Assembly (NCBI GenBank): GCA_050179875.1
Contig: JBFXES010000001.1
Coordinates: forward strand, 2,995 to 66,994
Source: Thiohalomonadaceae bacterium
GTDB taxonomy: Bacteria; Pseudomonadota; Gammaproteobacteria; Thiohalomonadales; Thiohalomonadaceae
DNA length: 64,000 nucleotides
Direction: 5' to 3'
Below the pieces are notes generated by a model. It was not told where the DNA came from. It searched no databases and worked only from the letters and a program-made list of their open reading frames with translations. Made by a program: the position numbers and the translations under genes. Shown one piece after another: positions 37,628 to 46,701 of this stretch (position 1 is its first letter; each line of letters begins with the position of its first letter).

Positions 37628-37972
37628 ATGGTTACAGCGCTGGACACTCCCACCGCCTACGACGCATTCGTCCGCGCGCACCCCGCTGCGGCGGGCTATT
37701 TCGGCAGCGCGGAATGCGGCGTGTGCGCGGCGCTGTGGCCCAAGCTGCTGGCCGTGCTCTCGGCCCGTTTTCCCCGGATCGCCGTCGCGCGCGTGGAAAC
37801 CGGCGCCACACCGGCGCTCGCCGCGGCGCATGGGGTGTTTACGGTGCCCGTCGTCGTGGTGTGTTTCGAGGGCCGCGAGTGGGTGCGCAAGGCAGGGGCC
37901 TTCTCGCCGGCCGAACTGGAGCGCGATATCGCCCGTCCTTACGCGCTGCTGTTCGGCGAGGGCGCGCCATGA
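37628..37972 (+). CDS. thioredoxin-family protein
   Basis: 114 aa. CGVC active-site motif. VFTVPVVVV beta strand typical of the Trx fold. ATGA overlap with the next gene. Confidence 0.75.
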   Translation: MVTALDTPTAYDAFVRAHPAAAGYFGSAECGVCAALWPKLLAVLSARFPRIAVARVETGATPALAAAHGVFTVPVVVVCFEGREWVRKAGAFSPAELERDIARPYALLFGEGAP

Positions 37973-39638
37973 GGCAACTGGCGCTTCGACTGGCTGCGCT
38001 GGCCATGGCGGGACTGTTGTGCGCGGCGCCTGCCGCCGCGGGCGTGCGCTGGCCCGCCGATGCGCGCACCTTGGGTGAAGTGAGCGATCTGTTGCGACAC
38101 CTGGTCGCGGTGGCGCCGACGGCAGGCGTCAACGGCGAGACGGTGCACAGCACGGCGGATCTGCAGCGCTTCTATCGCATGCGTGATTACGCGCCGGCTT
38201 GGATCGAGGAAGCGGGCGTGACCTTGCAGACGGCGGACGTGCTCGAACGTCTGCGCCGCGCGTGGATAGAAGGTCTGAATCCGGCGCGCTATCACCCCGA
38301 CGCCATCGAGGCCCTGGTGAGCGGCGCCGAAGACGTGGTGCAGCTGGCGCAACTGGATCTGCTGCTTTCCGACGCATTCCTGAGTTACGCCCGCGATGTG
38401 CGCGAAGGCCGCGTGCCGCCCCAGGACGTGGACCCGGCCTGGCGCATCCCCATGGAGCCTTTCGATTATCCGCAGGCGCTGGCGGATGCGCTCCCATCGC
38501 GCAGCGCCGCCGCCGTGCTGGAGTCCATGGCGCCCGAACACGAAGGCTATCGCCGCTTGCGCGTGGCGCTCGCCCGCTATCACGCGGTGGAACGGCGCGG
38601 CGGCTGGCCCGTGCTGCTCGCAGGCAATAAGCCGCTGAAGCTGGGCATGCGCGACCCGCGCGTGCCGGTGTTGCGCACGCGCTTCATCATGGCCGGCCTG
38701 CTGCGTGACCTGCCCGTGGCCGACGAACTCCTGTTCGACGAGGAACTTGAAAAGACCGTGCGGCATTTTCAGCAACTGCACGGACTGGAGCCGGACGGGG
38801 TGATCGGCGAAGGGACGCGCGCCGTGTTGAACGTGCCGGTGCGGGAACGCATCCGCAGCATCGTGCTCAACATGGAGCGCTGGCGGTGGTTGCCGCGCCG
38901 GCTGCCTGCCCGTTACGCGATGGTGAACATGGCGGGCTTCGAACTGGCGCTTTACGACGGGGCTTGCCCATCCGCGAAATGCGCGTGATCATCGGCCGCG
39001 ACCAGCGCCAGACGCCGGCGCTCGCCACGCACGTCACCTCGGTGGTGTTCAATCCCTACTGGTACGTGCCCGAGACCGTGCTGCACGAGGACCTGCTTCC
39101 CGCCATCGCGGCGGAACCCGACCTGCTCAATCGCCTGCAACTGAAGGTGTTCAGCGATCTGCGGGGGCAAGGCAAGGAAGTGGATGCGGCCACCATCGAC
39201 TGGACGCGTTATGCCTCACAGCGCTTTCCCTATACGCTGCGCCAGGAGCCGGGTCCGCACAACGCCCTGGGACGTTTCAAGTTCATACTCGCGGACACGC
39301 CGGCCATCTACCTGCACGACACGTCGAACCATCGTCTGTTCCGCAGCCGCAGCCTCGCGCTGAGCTCGGGTTGTATTCGTGTGGAGGATCCGGACGGCCT
39401 GGCCATGTTCCTCCTGGGCGGGCAGTGGCAGGCGCAGAACCTGGCGGAAAAAGCGTCAGCACGCCGCCCGCACCAGGTGCAACTGGCGGACCCGCTGCCC
39501 ATCTACCTGCTGTACTTCACGGCCTGGGTGAACGAACTCAACGAACTGCATTTCCGTGACGACATCTACGACCGGGACGGCTTGCTCCATGCGCTGCTCG
39601 CGTCGGGCAACGGGCCCGTGGCGCAGGTCGGGCCGTGA
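37969..39638 (+). pseudogene. L,D-transpeptidase YcbB/LdtD-like, frameshifted in a G run at 38959-38962
   Basis: The N-terminal part (signal peptide, PG-binding-like HFQQLHGLEPDGVIG) runs to YAMVNMAGFELALYDG, then stops at 38988. The YkuD catalytic part (VIIGR...TP...HDT....SSGCIRV) continues in the +1 frame to 39638. Confidence 0.8.
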
Positions 39639-39750
39639 AATGAAATGCCTTCGTACTCCGGCAGTGGAATCAGAAAAGTCCTACTGACACGCGGATCGAT
39701 GTGGGGCACAGTAGGCCGCGAGGATAACCAATAAAGCCAAGGATGGTTCC

Positions 39751-39927
39751 ATGCCCACACCTTCGAAGGCTCAGCTGCTGAACGAAATCGCCCACTATCA
39801 GGCGCAACTCGCCAAGCTGCCTCTCCACAGCAACGACCCGGACGACCTGATCGCCCGCGAAATCTACGAAACCCTCCTGCAAAACCGGCGCGAAGACCTG
39901 GAGCGGGTGGAACAACAACGGTCGTGA
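39751..39927 (+). CDS. small hypothetical protein (58 aa)
   Basis: RBS AAGGA 7 nt upstream of the ATG. Helical sequence MPTPSKAQLLNEIAHYQAQLAKL... Followed by a strong terminator. Below the ORF-track cutoff. Confidence 0.55.
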   Translation: MPTPSKAQLLNEIAHYQAQLAKLPLHSNDPDDLIAREIYETLLQNRREDLERVEQQRS

Positions 39928-39947
39928 GCTCTCCTCGTCGTCTCTCC

Positions 39948-39972
39948 AAAACGCCCTTCGGGGCGTTTTTTT
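39948..39972 (+). terminator. rho-independent terminator
   Basis: AAAACGCCC-TTCG-GGGCGTTTTTTT. Confidence 0.8.
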
Positions 39973-40103
39973 GCGCCGTCGCCTCTTGCGCGCCGCTGCC
40001 CGATGCGTGGCAAACCCATGAATTTCCTCGGGTTGACAAGGCCGAGCAAAACACTAAGTTAAAGGCCGTCTATGGTTGTCAGGTTTCAACGCGGAGACGT
40101 GCA

Positions 40104-40304
40104 ATGGACAACACCTACTATCAGATGCTCGACACCATGCAGAAGGCCGGGGTGGATTGGCAGTACATCGACGGCTGGGCTTGCGGCTATCTGCACAATC
40201 CCCCGCGCGGTCCCCAATTCGTCACCGAAGGCTACGAAGCAGGGTACGAAGACGGCCGCAACGGCAAACTCGACGGCTACACGGACTGGCGCAAGACGGG
40301 CTGA
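40104..40304 (+). CDS. small hypothetical protein (66 aa)
   Basis: RBS GGAGA 6 nt upstream. MDNTYYQMLDTMQKAGVDWQYIDGWACGYLHNPP... Aromatic/Gly-rich and coding-like. Confidence 0.55.
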   Translation: MDNTYYQMLDTMQKAGVDWQYIDGWACGYLHNPPRGPQFVTEGYEAGYEDGRNGKLDGYTDWRKTG

Positions 40305-40515
40305 AGTAACGAACGGATTCGTCATCCGCCCTCGTTGTATCAGGAGCCCGTTACGGGCTCCCCGCTTGACCGGGTGGTCGCACTCGACGACACTCTCGCC
40401 CATGGTGACGAAACGTTTTGTGGTACGACCCTGCGCAATGCGCGCCGTATGGCCGCGCATCGTCAGGCTGCGTGCCCCGGGTCGTCCCTAGTCAGTCTTC
40501 TTTCAGGAACACTCG

Positions 40516-40550
40516 AAAGGCCGCAGTGCAAGCTGCGGCCTTTTTCGTTT
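40516..40550 (+). terminator. rho-independent terminator-like hairpin 14 nt upstream of the EamA transporter start
   Basis: AAAGGCCGCAG-TGCAAG-CTGCGGCCTTT followed by TTCGTTT. Confidence 0.7.
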
Positions 40551-40563
40551 CAGGGAGTGCGGA

Positions 40564-41502
40564 ATGTACGTGCCTGCCGCCTATCTGGGCGTCATCCTCA
40601 TCTGGTCGACCACGCCACTCGCCATCAAGTGGAGCGCGATGGACGCCGGTTTCATTTTCGGCGTGACCGCGCGCATGGTCATCGGCGCAGTGCTCTGCTT
40701 CGTCATGCTGCGCCTGCTGCGCGTGGAATTTCCGTGGGGACGGGAGGCGGTACGCGCCTACGCCGCCGCGGCCCTGGGCGTATTCGGTTCCATGATGTGC
40801 ACCTACTGGGGGGCGCAGTTCATCCCCTCGGGCTTCATTTCCGTGCTTTTCGGCCTGACGCCGTTCGCCACGGGCGTCATGGCGACCCTGTGGCTGGGCG
40901 ACCCCTTCCCTTCGCCCGCGCGTCTCGCCGGCATCGGTCTCGGCATGCTGGGCCTGTGTTTCGTCTTCGGCGCCGGGCTGCGCCTGGAAGGTCAGGCCTG
41001 GTTGGGCGTCGCCGCGGTGCTGACGGCCTCGCTGTTGCATTCGGCCAGCGCGGTCGGCATCAAGCGTGCCGGTGCGCAACTTCATCCCGTGGCCCTCAAT
41101 GCGGGGGCGCTGAGCATCGCCGTGCCGCTGTACGTCCTGACCTGGCTCGCGTTCGAGCGGCAATGGCCTGCGGAACTCTCCGCGCGGGCGCTGGGCGCCA
41201 TCGCCTATCTGGGCGTGCTGGGCACCGCGCTCGGCTTCGTGTTGTATTTCTACGTGCTGAAGCACCTGAGCGCGGGCGTGATTGCCCTGATTACCCTGAT
41301 ATCGCCGGTGCTGGCCTTGTTGATCGGCAGCTGGCTCAACGACGAGGCCGTGGGCGCCATGGTGTGGGCGGGCACGGCATGCATCGTGGCCGGCCTGCTG
41401 CTTTATCAATTCGGTGGGCGACGTTTACGCCTGCGCCACTGGCAATTCCCGGCCGGCAGACGCAAGAGTGCGTCTGCGGGCGGGAAGGTGATGCAGGAAT
41501 AG
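40564..41502 (+). CDS. DMT-superfamily (EamA-like) transporter
   Basis: 312 aa, about 10 TM segments, duplicated EamA-type halves. RBS GGGAG. Confidence 0.88.
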   Translation: MYVPAAYLGVILIWSTTPLAIKWSAMDAGFIFGVTARMVIGAVLCFVMLRLLRVEFPWGREAVRAYAAAALGVFGSMMCTYWGAQFIPSGFISVLFGLTPFATGVMATLWLGDPFPSPARLAGIGLGMLGLCFVFGAGLRLEGQAWLGVAAVLTASLLHSASAVGIKRAGAQLHPVALNAGALSIAVPLYVLTWLAFERQWPAELSARALGAIAYLGVLGTALGFVLYFYVLKHLSAGVIALITLISPVLALLIGSWLNDEAVGAMVWAGTACIVAGLLLYQFGGRRLRLRHWQFPAGRRKSASAGGKVMQE

Positions 41503-41508
41503 GCGCCC

Positions 41509-42285
41509 TCAGCGCGGCAGCCTGTCCAGCCAGTCGGCCACCACCTCTACCAGCGCGTCGCCATGCCGGCGCGCGTAATGGTCGGCGCCGGCGAGGACGT
41601 GCTGGCGTGAATAGGCGTTGCCGGCCTTGAGGATGGCTTCACGACGCTGCGCGGCGCCCGCCTTCACGGAGGGGTAGTCGTCGCTGCCAAGGATGTCGAG
41701 CACCGGGATGCGCAGGCGATCGAGCGGGAAGGGGCGGGGCATGGGCTGGCCGGCGTCGGTCGCGCCCATGCCGACGCCCACGAAGGCGCGGATGTGCGTC
41801 TCCCGGCCCTCGCCTTCCAGCCAGTGCATGGCCATGTGCACGCCGCAACTGTGCGCGACGATGACGGGCTTTGGAAAACCGGCCTGGGCCAGGTGGGCGA
41901 GCGCGGCCTCGATGCGGGGCGCGGCTTCGGGCAGCACGGGCAGGTAATCGTAGTAACTGGCGTCCTTCTCCAGCACCGGTAACTGGATGGCAAGGGTGTA
42001 CCAGCCCTGGCGCGCCAGCCCGGTGCGCAGCGGATACACCACCGTTTCCCAGTCCGGATGCAGGCCGCGGCCGTGCAGGATCAGCGCCGCGCCTCGTGCG
42101 GGCGCGCCTTCAGGCGGCATGGCGATGGCGAAGAAACGGTGCCCTTCCGCCTCCAGGTGAATGACCTCGCCGTCCATGACCGCGTCCGCGACCTGCTCGG
42201 AGATGCGTGCTTCGCGTTCCAGATCGGCGGCGTGCGCGCCCCAGATCGCCGTCATCATCGACAGCGCGACGACAGTTTTTTTCAT
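41509..42285 (-). CDS. secreted alpha/beta hydrolase (DUF3530-like)
   Basis: RBS GGGGGAG. Signal peptide MKKTVVALSMMTAIWGAHA. AHSCG nucleophile-elbow-like motif. Confidence 0.75.
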   Translation of the reverse strand: MKKTVVALSMMTAIWGAHAADLEREARISEQVADAVMDGEVIHLEAEGHRFFAIAMPPEGAPARGAALILHGRGLHPDWETVVYPLRTGLARQGWYTLAIQLPVLEKDASYYDYLPVLPEAAPRIEAALAHLAQAGFPKPVIVAHSCGVHMAMHWLEGEGRETHIRAFVGVGMGATDAGQPMPRPFPLDRLRIPVLDILGSDDYPSVKAGAAQRREAILKAGNAYSRQHVLAGADHYARRHGDALVEVVADWLDRLPR

Positions 42286-42308
42286 GATGTCTCCCCCAAT
42301 TCCCGTTC

Positions 42309-43091
42309 TCACCCGACGATGAACATCTCGTAGGTGGTCAGCATGATCTCTATCACGATGAGCAGCACGATATACCATTCCACGCGCAGGCTGCGCTTGC
42401 TTTGCAGCAGGTCGAGAAGGGTTTCGGCCGTGCGCGCGATGAGGGTGAGCTTGGCTTCGAGGGCGGCTTGGCGATCCGCGAGCTCGAATTCGTTGCTCAG
42501 GCGGTAATAGAGCCGCTCCAACTCGGGGTGCTCCCACAGCAACTCCGGCTTTTCCAGCACCGCCACGCGTCCCACGGTGCGGTGCTGCGTGAGCAGGCTG
42601 CCGCCGATGTACTGCACCAGGGATTTGGCCTCGCGGCGCGAGGTGCCCTTCTTTCGCAGCCGCTGCGCCAGCGGCTCGATGCGATCGAATACCTGGGATA
42701 CGTCGGTTTCGCAATAGGACAGCACCGAGCTCTTGGCCAGCACGTCGGCGATCACCTGCATGCGCTCGACGGAAAGAGCCGCGAGGGTGATGACGCCTTC
42801 CTCCACGCCTTCCCGGTTGCCGGCGCGTGCCTGGAGCAGGGCCTCCTCCAGCTCGGGCCTGTCGAAAGGCGCACTGATGAGCGGTTGCAGGCGTGCGAGG
42901 AAGCGGCGCTCCTCGTCGGCATCGACGCCGAACAGCACCACGGTGCCGTAGCGGAACAACACCGCATGTCCCGAGCCCACGCACAGCACCAGGGGGGAGC
43001 GCGCCAGCGCACCGGCGGTGTCGAGGGTGCGCAGGTCGAGGCGCTCGCCCAGGTACAGCGCACGCACCGGTGAAGGGCTGCCCGGGGCCAT
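42309..43091 (-). CDS. RMD1/DUF155 family protein
   Basis: Start at MAPGSPSP. VLFRYGTVVLFGV and C-terminal TM (EWYIVLLIVIEIML) typical of DUF155. Confidence 0.8.
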   Translation of the reverse strand: MAPGSPSPVRALYLGERLDLRTLDTAGALARSPLVLCVGSGHAVLFRYGTVVLFGVDADEERRFLARLQPLISAPFDRPELEEALLQARAGNREGVEEGVITLAALSVERMQVIADVLAKSSVLSYCETDVSQVFDRIEPLAQRLRKKGTSRREAKSLVQYIGGSLLTQHRTVGRVAVLEKPELLWEHPELERLYYRLSNEFELADRQAALEAKLTLIARTAETLLDLLQSKRSLRVEWYIVLLIVIEIMLTTYEMFIVG

Positions 43092-43151
43092 GTCGTTTAT
43101 AGTTTCCCGTGGGGCGGCACCTCGCAGGGGCCGCCGATCATCGGCGAGGAG

Positions 43152-43610
43152 GTGACGCTCATGTCCGTAGGCCAGTTTTGCAACCGAGAGGTGATCGTTG
43201 CCCGGCGCAGCGACCCCGTGCCCGATCTGGCGCGGCTCATGCGGGAGTACCACGTGGGCGATCTGGTCGTGGTGGAAAGCATAGACGCGCCGGTGCCGGT
43301 CGGCATGGTGACGGATCGCGACCTGGTGGTGGAAGTGCTTGCTGCCGACATCGAACCCGCCTCGCTCACGGCGGGCGACATCATGAGCTACGACCTGCTC
43401 GTCGCCCGCGAAGGCGACAGCCTGTGCGATACGCTGAAACGCATGCGCGCGCGCGGCGTGCGACGGGTCCCCGTGGTGGATGACCAGCATGGGCGCCTGG
43501 TCGGCATCATCACCGTGGACGACGTGCTGGAGGTGCTCGCCGATGAATTGTCCGCCCTGGCGCGCATCCCCGAGCGGGAGCGGGTGCACGAACAGGAAGC
43601 CCGTCCATGA
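43152..43610 (+). CDS. CBS domain pair protein
   Basis: Two CBS repeats (HVGDLVVV..GMVTDRDL; VRRVPVVD..GRLVGIITVDDV). Confidence 0.88.
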   Translation: MTLMSVGQFCNREVIVARRSDPVPDLARLMREYHVGDLVVVESIDAPVPVGMVTDRDLVVEVLAADIEPASLTAGDIMSYDLLVAREGDSLCDTLKRMRARGVRRVPVVDDQHGRLVGIITVDDVLEVLADELSALARIPERERVHEQEARP

Positions 43611-43657
43611 AAAAAGGGGGCCGCGGGGCCCCCTTGCCGTTCGGGTGCGAGCGGTGA

Positions 43658-44215
43658 CTACATCGGCTGGGTGATGGTGAACGCGCCGCGGATGTCGCCC
43701 GCCTGGAAACCGCGCGCCTGATCGGTCGGGTAGAGCCCGTCGAGCTTCGCCTTGACCGGCTCGGCGATGTCCGCGCCGTGGCACTTGAGGCAGGCCTCGC
43801 CCGTCGGGATGGCCTTCATGAAGCGGAATACCCGCTTGCCGTCCTGCTCCACCACTTCGGCGAAGTCCAGGCCATCCACGGCTTCGCCCTTGGCCTTGCG
43901 TTCCTCGAAGGACCTGAGGACCTTGGTCTCCCATGCGTCGGGGGCGTTCTTCGGGTTGCGCACCTTCAGCGAGGTGCGCGCCACGCGCCAGCCCGTCTTC
44001 TCGGACTGAAGGTGGGCAATGTGGGGCGCCATGTTGCTGCATACATCGATGGCCTGCCCGGGCCCGCCTTCCTGCATGGCGCTTTCCAGCTCGGCCTTGA
44101 GATTGCCGGCGAATTCCTTGATGACGGCGGCACTGGCCTGCTTGCGGTCCTGCAGATCATCGGCCTGCGCGGCAAAGGGAATGCACACGGCGAAAATGGC
44201 AAACAGCTTTTTCAT
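43658..44215 (-). CDS. DUF3365 (Tll0287-like) periplasmic c-type heme protein
   Basis: Signal peptide, CLKCH heme-binding motif, RBS GAAGGAA. Confidence 0.8.
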   Translation of the reverse strand: MKKLFAIFAVCIPFAAQADDLQDRKQASAAVIKEFAGNLKAELESAMQEGGPGQAIDVCSNMAPHIAHLQSEKTGWRVARTSLKVRNPKNAPDAWETKVLRSFEERKAKGEAVDGLDFAEVVEQDGKRVFRFMKAIPTGEACLKCHGADIAEPVKAKLDGLYPTDQARGFQAGDIRGAFTITQPM

Positions 44216-44441
44216 TTCGGGTTCCTTCTCGATGGTCACGTGGTAAAGCCGCGGACGATAGGCTCCGTCCTTTGGCCCGTCTGTAACTTTAGTCACCGGC
44301 GCGGCGCCGGCCGGAGCGGAGGAAAAAAGGGAGAACCGTGTCACGAAGGGCCCGCGAGGCCGGGCTGTCACGGGATGTATCGCCGGGCACTTGCCGGTAT
44401 GATTCCACCGTTCCGTCATTTACAAGAACCACAGGTGAACC

Positions 44442-44993
44442 ATGACAAGTACGTGCCGATCCGCGGCAGCCGTGCTGCTTGCCCTCGCGAGCGCCAGTGC
44501 CCTTGCGGACTCCCTCGACCTCAACCTGCATGACGAGGCCCTGCGGGCGACCTTCGCCCATGTCGTCCGGCCCGGCATGGAGTGGGACGTGGGTCATTAC
44601 TACAACGAGGACGACGTGACCGTGACGCACCTGGGCATGCACGTGTCCGGCGAAAACTGGAGCAAGGCAGGCACCTTCGACATCGGCCTGGGGGGCCGTT
44701 TGCTGCTGGTGCGCTCCGACGACGAGGATGCCAGTGCGCTCGCCTTCGGCGCCCGGGTGCGCTTCTCGCCGGCCCACCGCGTGGGCATCGGCGGTGAACT
44801 CTACTACGCGCCCGACATCACTACCTTCGACGAGGCGACGCGCTACACCGAGGTCACGCTGCGGGCCGACTATCAGTTGCTGCCGCAGGCCTTCCTGTAT
44901 GGGGGATATCGCCTCATCGAAATGGATTTCGAAGACGTGGACGACGTGGAGATCGACGACAGCGTCCACCTGGGCATGAAGCTGCTCTGGTGA
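44442..44993 (+). CDS. YfaZ-family outer-membrane beta-barrel protein
   Basis: Signal peptide. Alternating beta-strand pattern. C-terminal aromatic residue (..HLGMKLLW). Confidence 0.75.
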   Translation: MTSTCRSAAAVLLALASASALADSLDLNLHDEALRATFAHVVRPGMEWDVGHYYNEDDVTVTHLGMHVSGENWSKAGTFDIGLGGRLLLVRSDDEDASALAFGARVRFSPAHRVGIGGELYYAPDITTFDEATRYTEVTLRADYQLLPQAFLYGGYRLIEMDFEDVDDVEIDDSVHLGMKLLW

Positions 44994-45028
44994 AAAAAAA
45001 AGGCCGGGAAAACCCGGCCTTTTTTTTG
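44994..45028. terminator. bidirectional rho-independent terminator
   Basis: A9-GGCCGGG-AAAA-CCCGGCC-T8 between convergent genes. Confidence 0.9.
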
Positions 45029-45041
45029 CTCCTGCGGAGAC

Positions 45042-45476
45042 TTACTTGTTCGCGCTGTCCTTGAGGCTCTTCAGCGCGCTGACCTTCACCACCTCACGGG
45101 CGGGCTTGGCCTTGACCGTGATTTCCTGGCCGGTGAAGGGCGAAATCATCTTGCGGGCCTTGGTGGCGGGCTTGCGCACGCGGCGGATCTTCACGCCGAC
45201 TTCGGGAACGCTGAACTCGCCCGAACCCTTCTTCTTCATGTGACGCTGCACCAGGTTGCCCAGGGAGGCGAATACGGCGACAACGTCCTTGCGGGCCAGG
45301 CCGGTCTCTTCCGCGATGGTGGAGAGGATCTGGCTCTTGGTCTGCTTCTCGGTGATGGGGGTGGTCTTGGGGGCGACCGGAGCGGCCTTCTTTACGGCCT
45401 GCTTCGGAGCGGTCTTCTTGGCGGCTGCAGCGGGCTTCTTGGCGGCAGGTTTTTTCGCGGTCTTCTTAACGGCCAT
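45042..45476 (-). CDS. HU/IHF-family DNA-binding protein with Lys/Ala/Pro-rich N-terminal extension
   Basis: 144 aa. About 50 aa of the N-terminus are KKPAAKKPAAAAKKTAPK (histone H1-like), followed by an HU fold (..FASLGNLVQRHMKKKGSGEFSVPEVGVKI..). Confidence 0.88.
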   Translation of the reverse strand: MAVKKTAKKPAAKKPAAAAKKTAPKQAVKKAAPVAPKTTPITEKQTKSQILSTIAEETGLARKDVVAVFASLGNLVQRHMKKKGSGEFSVPEVGVKIRRVRKPATKARKMISPFTGQEITVKAKPAREVVKVSALKSLKDSANK

Positions 45477-45664
45477 CGATTGTTTCTCCCTATGTGTATT
45501 GTGTTCGCGCAGCACGACGTGGCGCGTCGGCGGCTAGATTGTGAAGACAGTTTTGGCAAAAGACAAGCGGCGATCCAGGCCCCAAACGCCCTTTTTTTCA
45601 GCAAAAATGCACCTCGGGACGGGGCGGCGGCGCCCCGGTGCAAACCAGCGGGAGCGGGAAAGGC

Positions 45665-46072
45665 ATGATTGAGGAAGTGACGGTCAGGGTCAGCGGGCAG
45701 GGACTGCACGAGGTGACGGACGCAGTGCGGCGCGTGGTACGGTCCGCCAAGGTGGAGGAGGGCCTGTGCACGGTCTTCATCCGGCACACCTCGGCGAGCC
45801 TGCTGATCCAGGAAAATGCAGATCCTTCGGCGCGCAGGGACCTGGAGGCATGGCTGAATCGCCTCGTCCCGGAACACGATCCGCTCTACACGCACACGCT
45901 GGAAGGGCCCGACGACATGCCGTCCCACATCAAGGCGGCGCTCACTGCCGCAAGCCTGTCCATCCCCGTGATGCGGGGCGAGCTGGCGCTCGGTACCTGG
46001 CAGGGCATTTACCTGTGGGAGCACCGGCGGCACGCGGGCGTGCGACACCTGATCGTGCACGTCACCGGCTGA
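45665..46072 (+). CDS. yjbQ: secondary thiamine-phosphate synthase enzyme YjbQ (UPF0047)
   Basis: GLCTVFIRHTSASLLIQENADP...H......GPDDMPSHIKA..TAASL.IPV..G.L.LGTWQGIYL.EHR. Confidence 0.9.
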   Translation: MIEEVTVRVSGQGLHEVTDAVRRVVRSAKVEEGLCTVFIRHTSASLLIQENADPSARRDLEAWLNRLVPEHDPLYTHTLEGPDDMPSHIKAALTAASLSIPVMRGELALGTWQGIYLWEHRRHAGVRHLIVHVTG

Positions 46073-46185
46073 ACGTTCTCCCCGCAGCCGAGGCCCTTCG
46101 AGGGGAGGAACAATCCGACAAGGCGGCAGCGACACGCGGTGGCACGCCGCCTTGCGGGCGGTCGGATCCAGACCACCGCTCGCCC

Positions 46186-46605
46186 TCAGTGAACCGCGCC
46201 GCGCGCAGTATTCGGTGAGGTGATCGGCGCTGGCGAGGCGTGGCGCATGACCATGCGCCAGCCGTCGCGGTCGCGACGATAGACGTTGGTGGCGAGGATC
46301 TGCAGGGGCTCGGCCTTGCCGTCGGGAAACAGGATGTTTTCCAGCACCAGGTGCACCGTGAGCGCGCCCTGTTCCAGCACGCGCCGCTCACTGAGGTGGA
46401 AGGCCAGTCGCTCGGAGTCGGCGAACATTTCGCGCCAGCCGTCGTGCACGCCAGCGCCACGCAGCCGGGCGCCGAGGGGATGGATGCATTCGATGTCGTC
46501 CCCTTGCGCCCATACCTCGCGCATGGCCTCGGCATCCGCGCGCTCGAACGCGGCGTAGAAGGCCTCCTCGGCGGCGAGGGGCGTTGCATAGCCTGATTTT
46601 TTCAA
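46186..46605 (-). CDS. NTF2-like (SnoaL/DUF4440) protein
   Basis: TTG start preceded by GGAG (6 nt). AEEAFYAAFERADAEAMREVW...RRDRDGWRMVMRHASP. Confidence 0.7.
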   Translation of the reverse strand: MKKSGYATPLAAEEAFYAAFERADAEAMREVWAQGDDIECIHPLGARLRGAGVHDGWREMFADSERLAFHLSERRVLEQGALTVHLVLENILFPDGKAEPLQILATNVYRRDRDGWRMVMRHASPAPITSPNTARGAVH

Positions 46606-46701
46606 GGTCTGCTCCAGCCTTTCTGCGTTGCCGCTAATGATATATGGTATTTCGCCCGTTGCTCGTGCTGCGGTCCCTTCCCTCTTTCTTCCGGGTGATC
46701 C

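Noticed and set aside
39670-39918. 82-aa minus-strand ORF from the supplied track.
   Set aside because: No RBS, and an implausible sequence. The opposite strand carries a 58-aa ORF with an RBS, helical protein-like sequence and a strong intrinsic terminator, which explains the open frame as a shadow.
40335-41630. 431-aa plus-strand ORF overlapping the EamA transporter gene.
   Set aside because: It is out of frame with the clearly membrane-protein-like 312-aa EamA ORF, and its translation is Arg/Gly/Ala-rich nonsense. Its 5' part spans the terminator hairpin.
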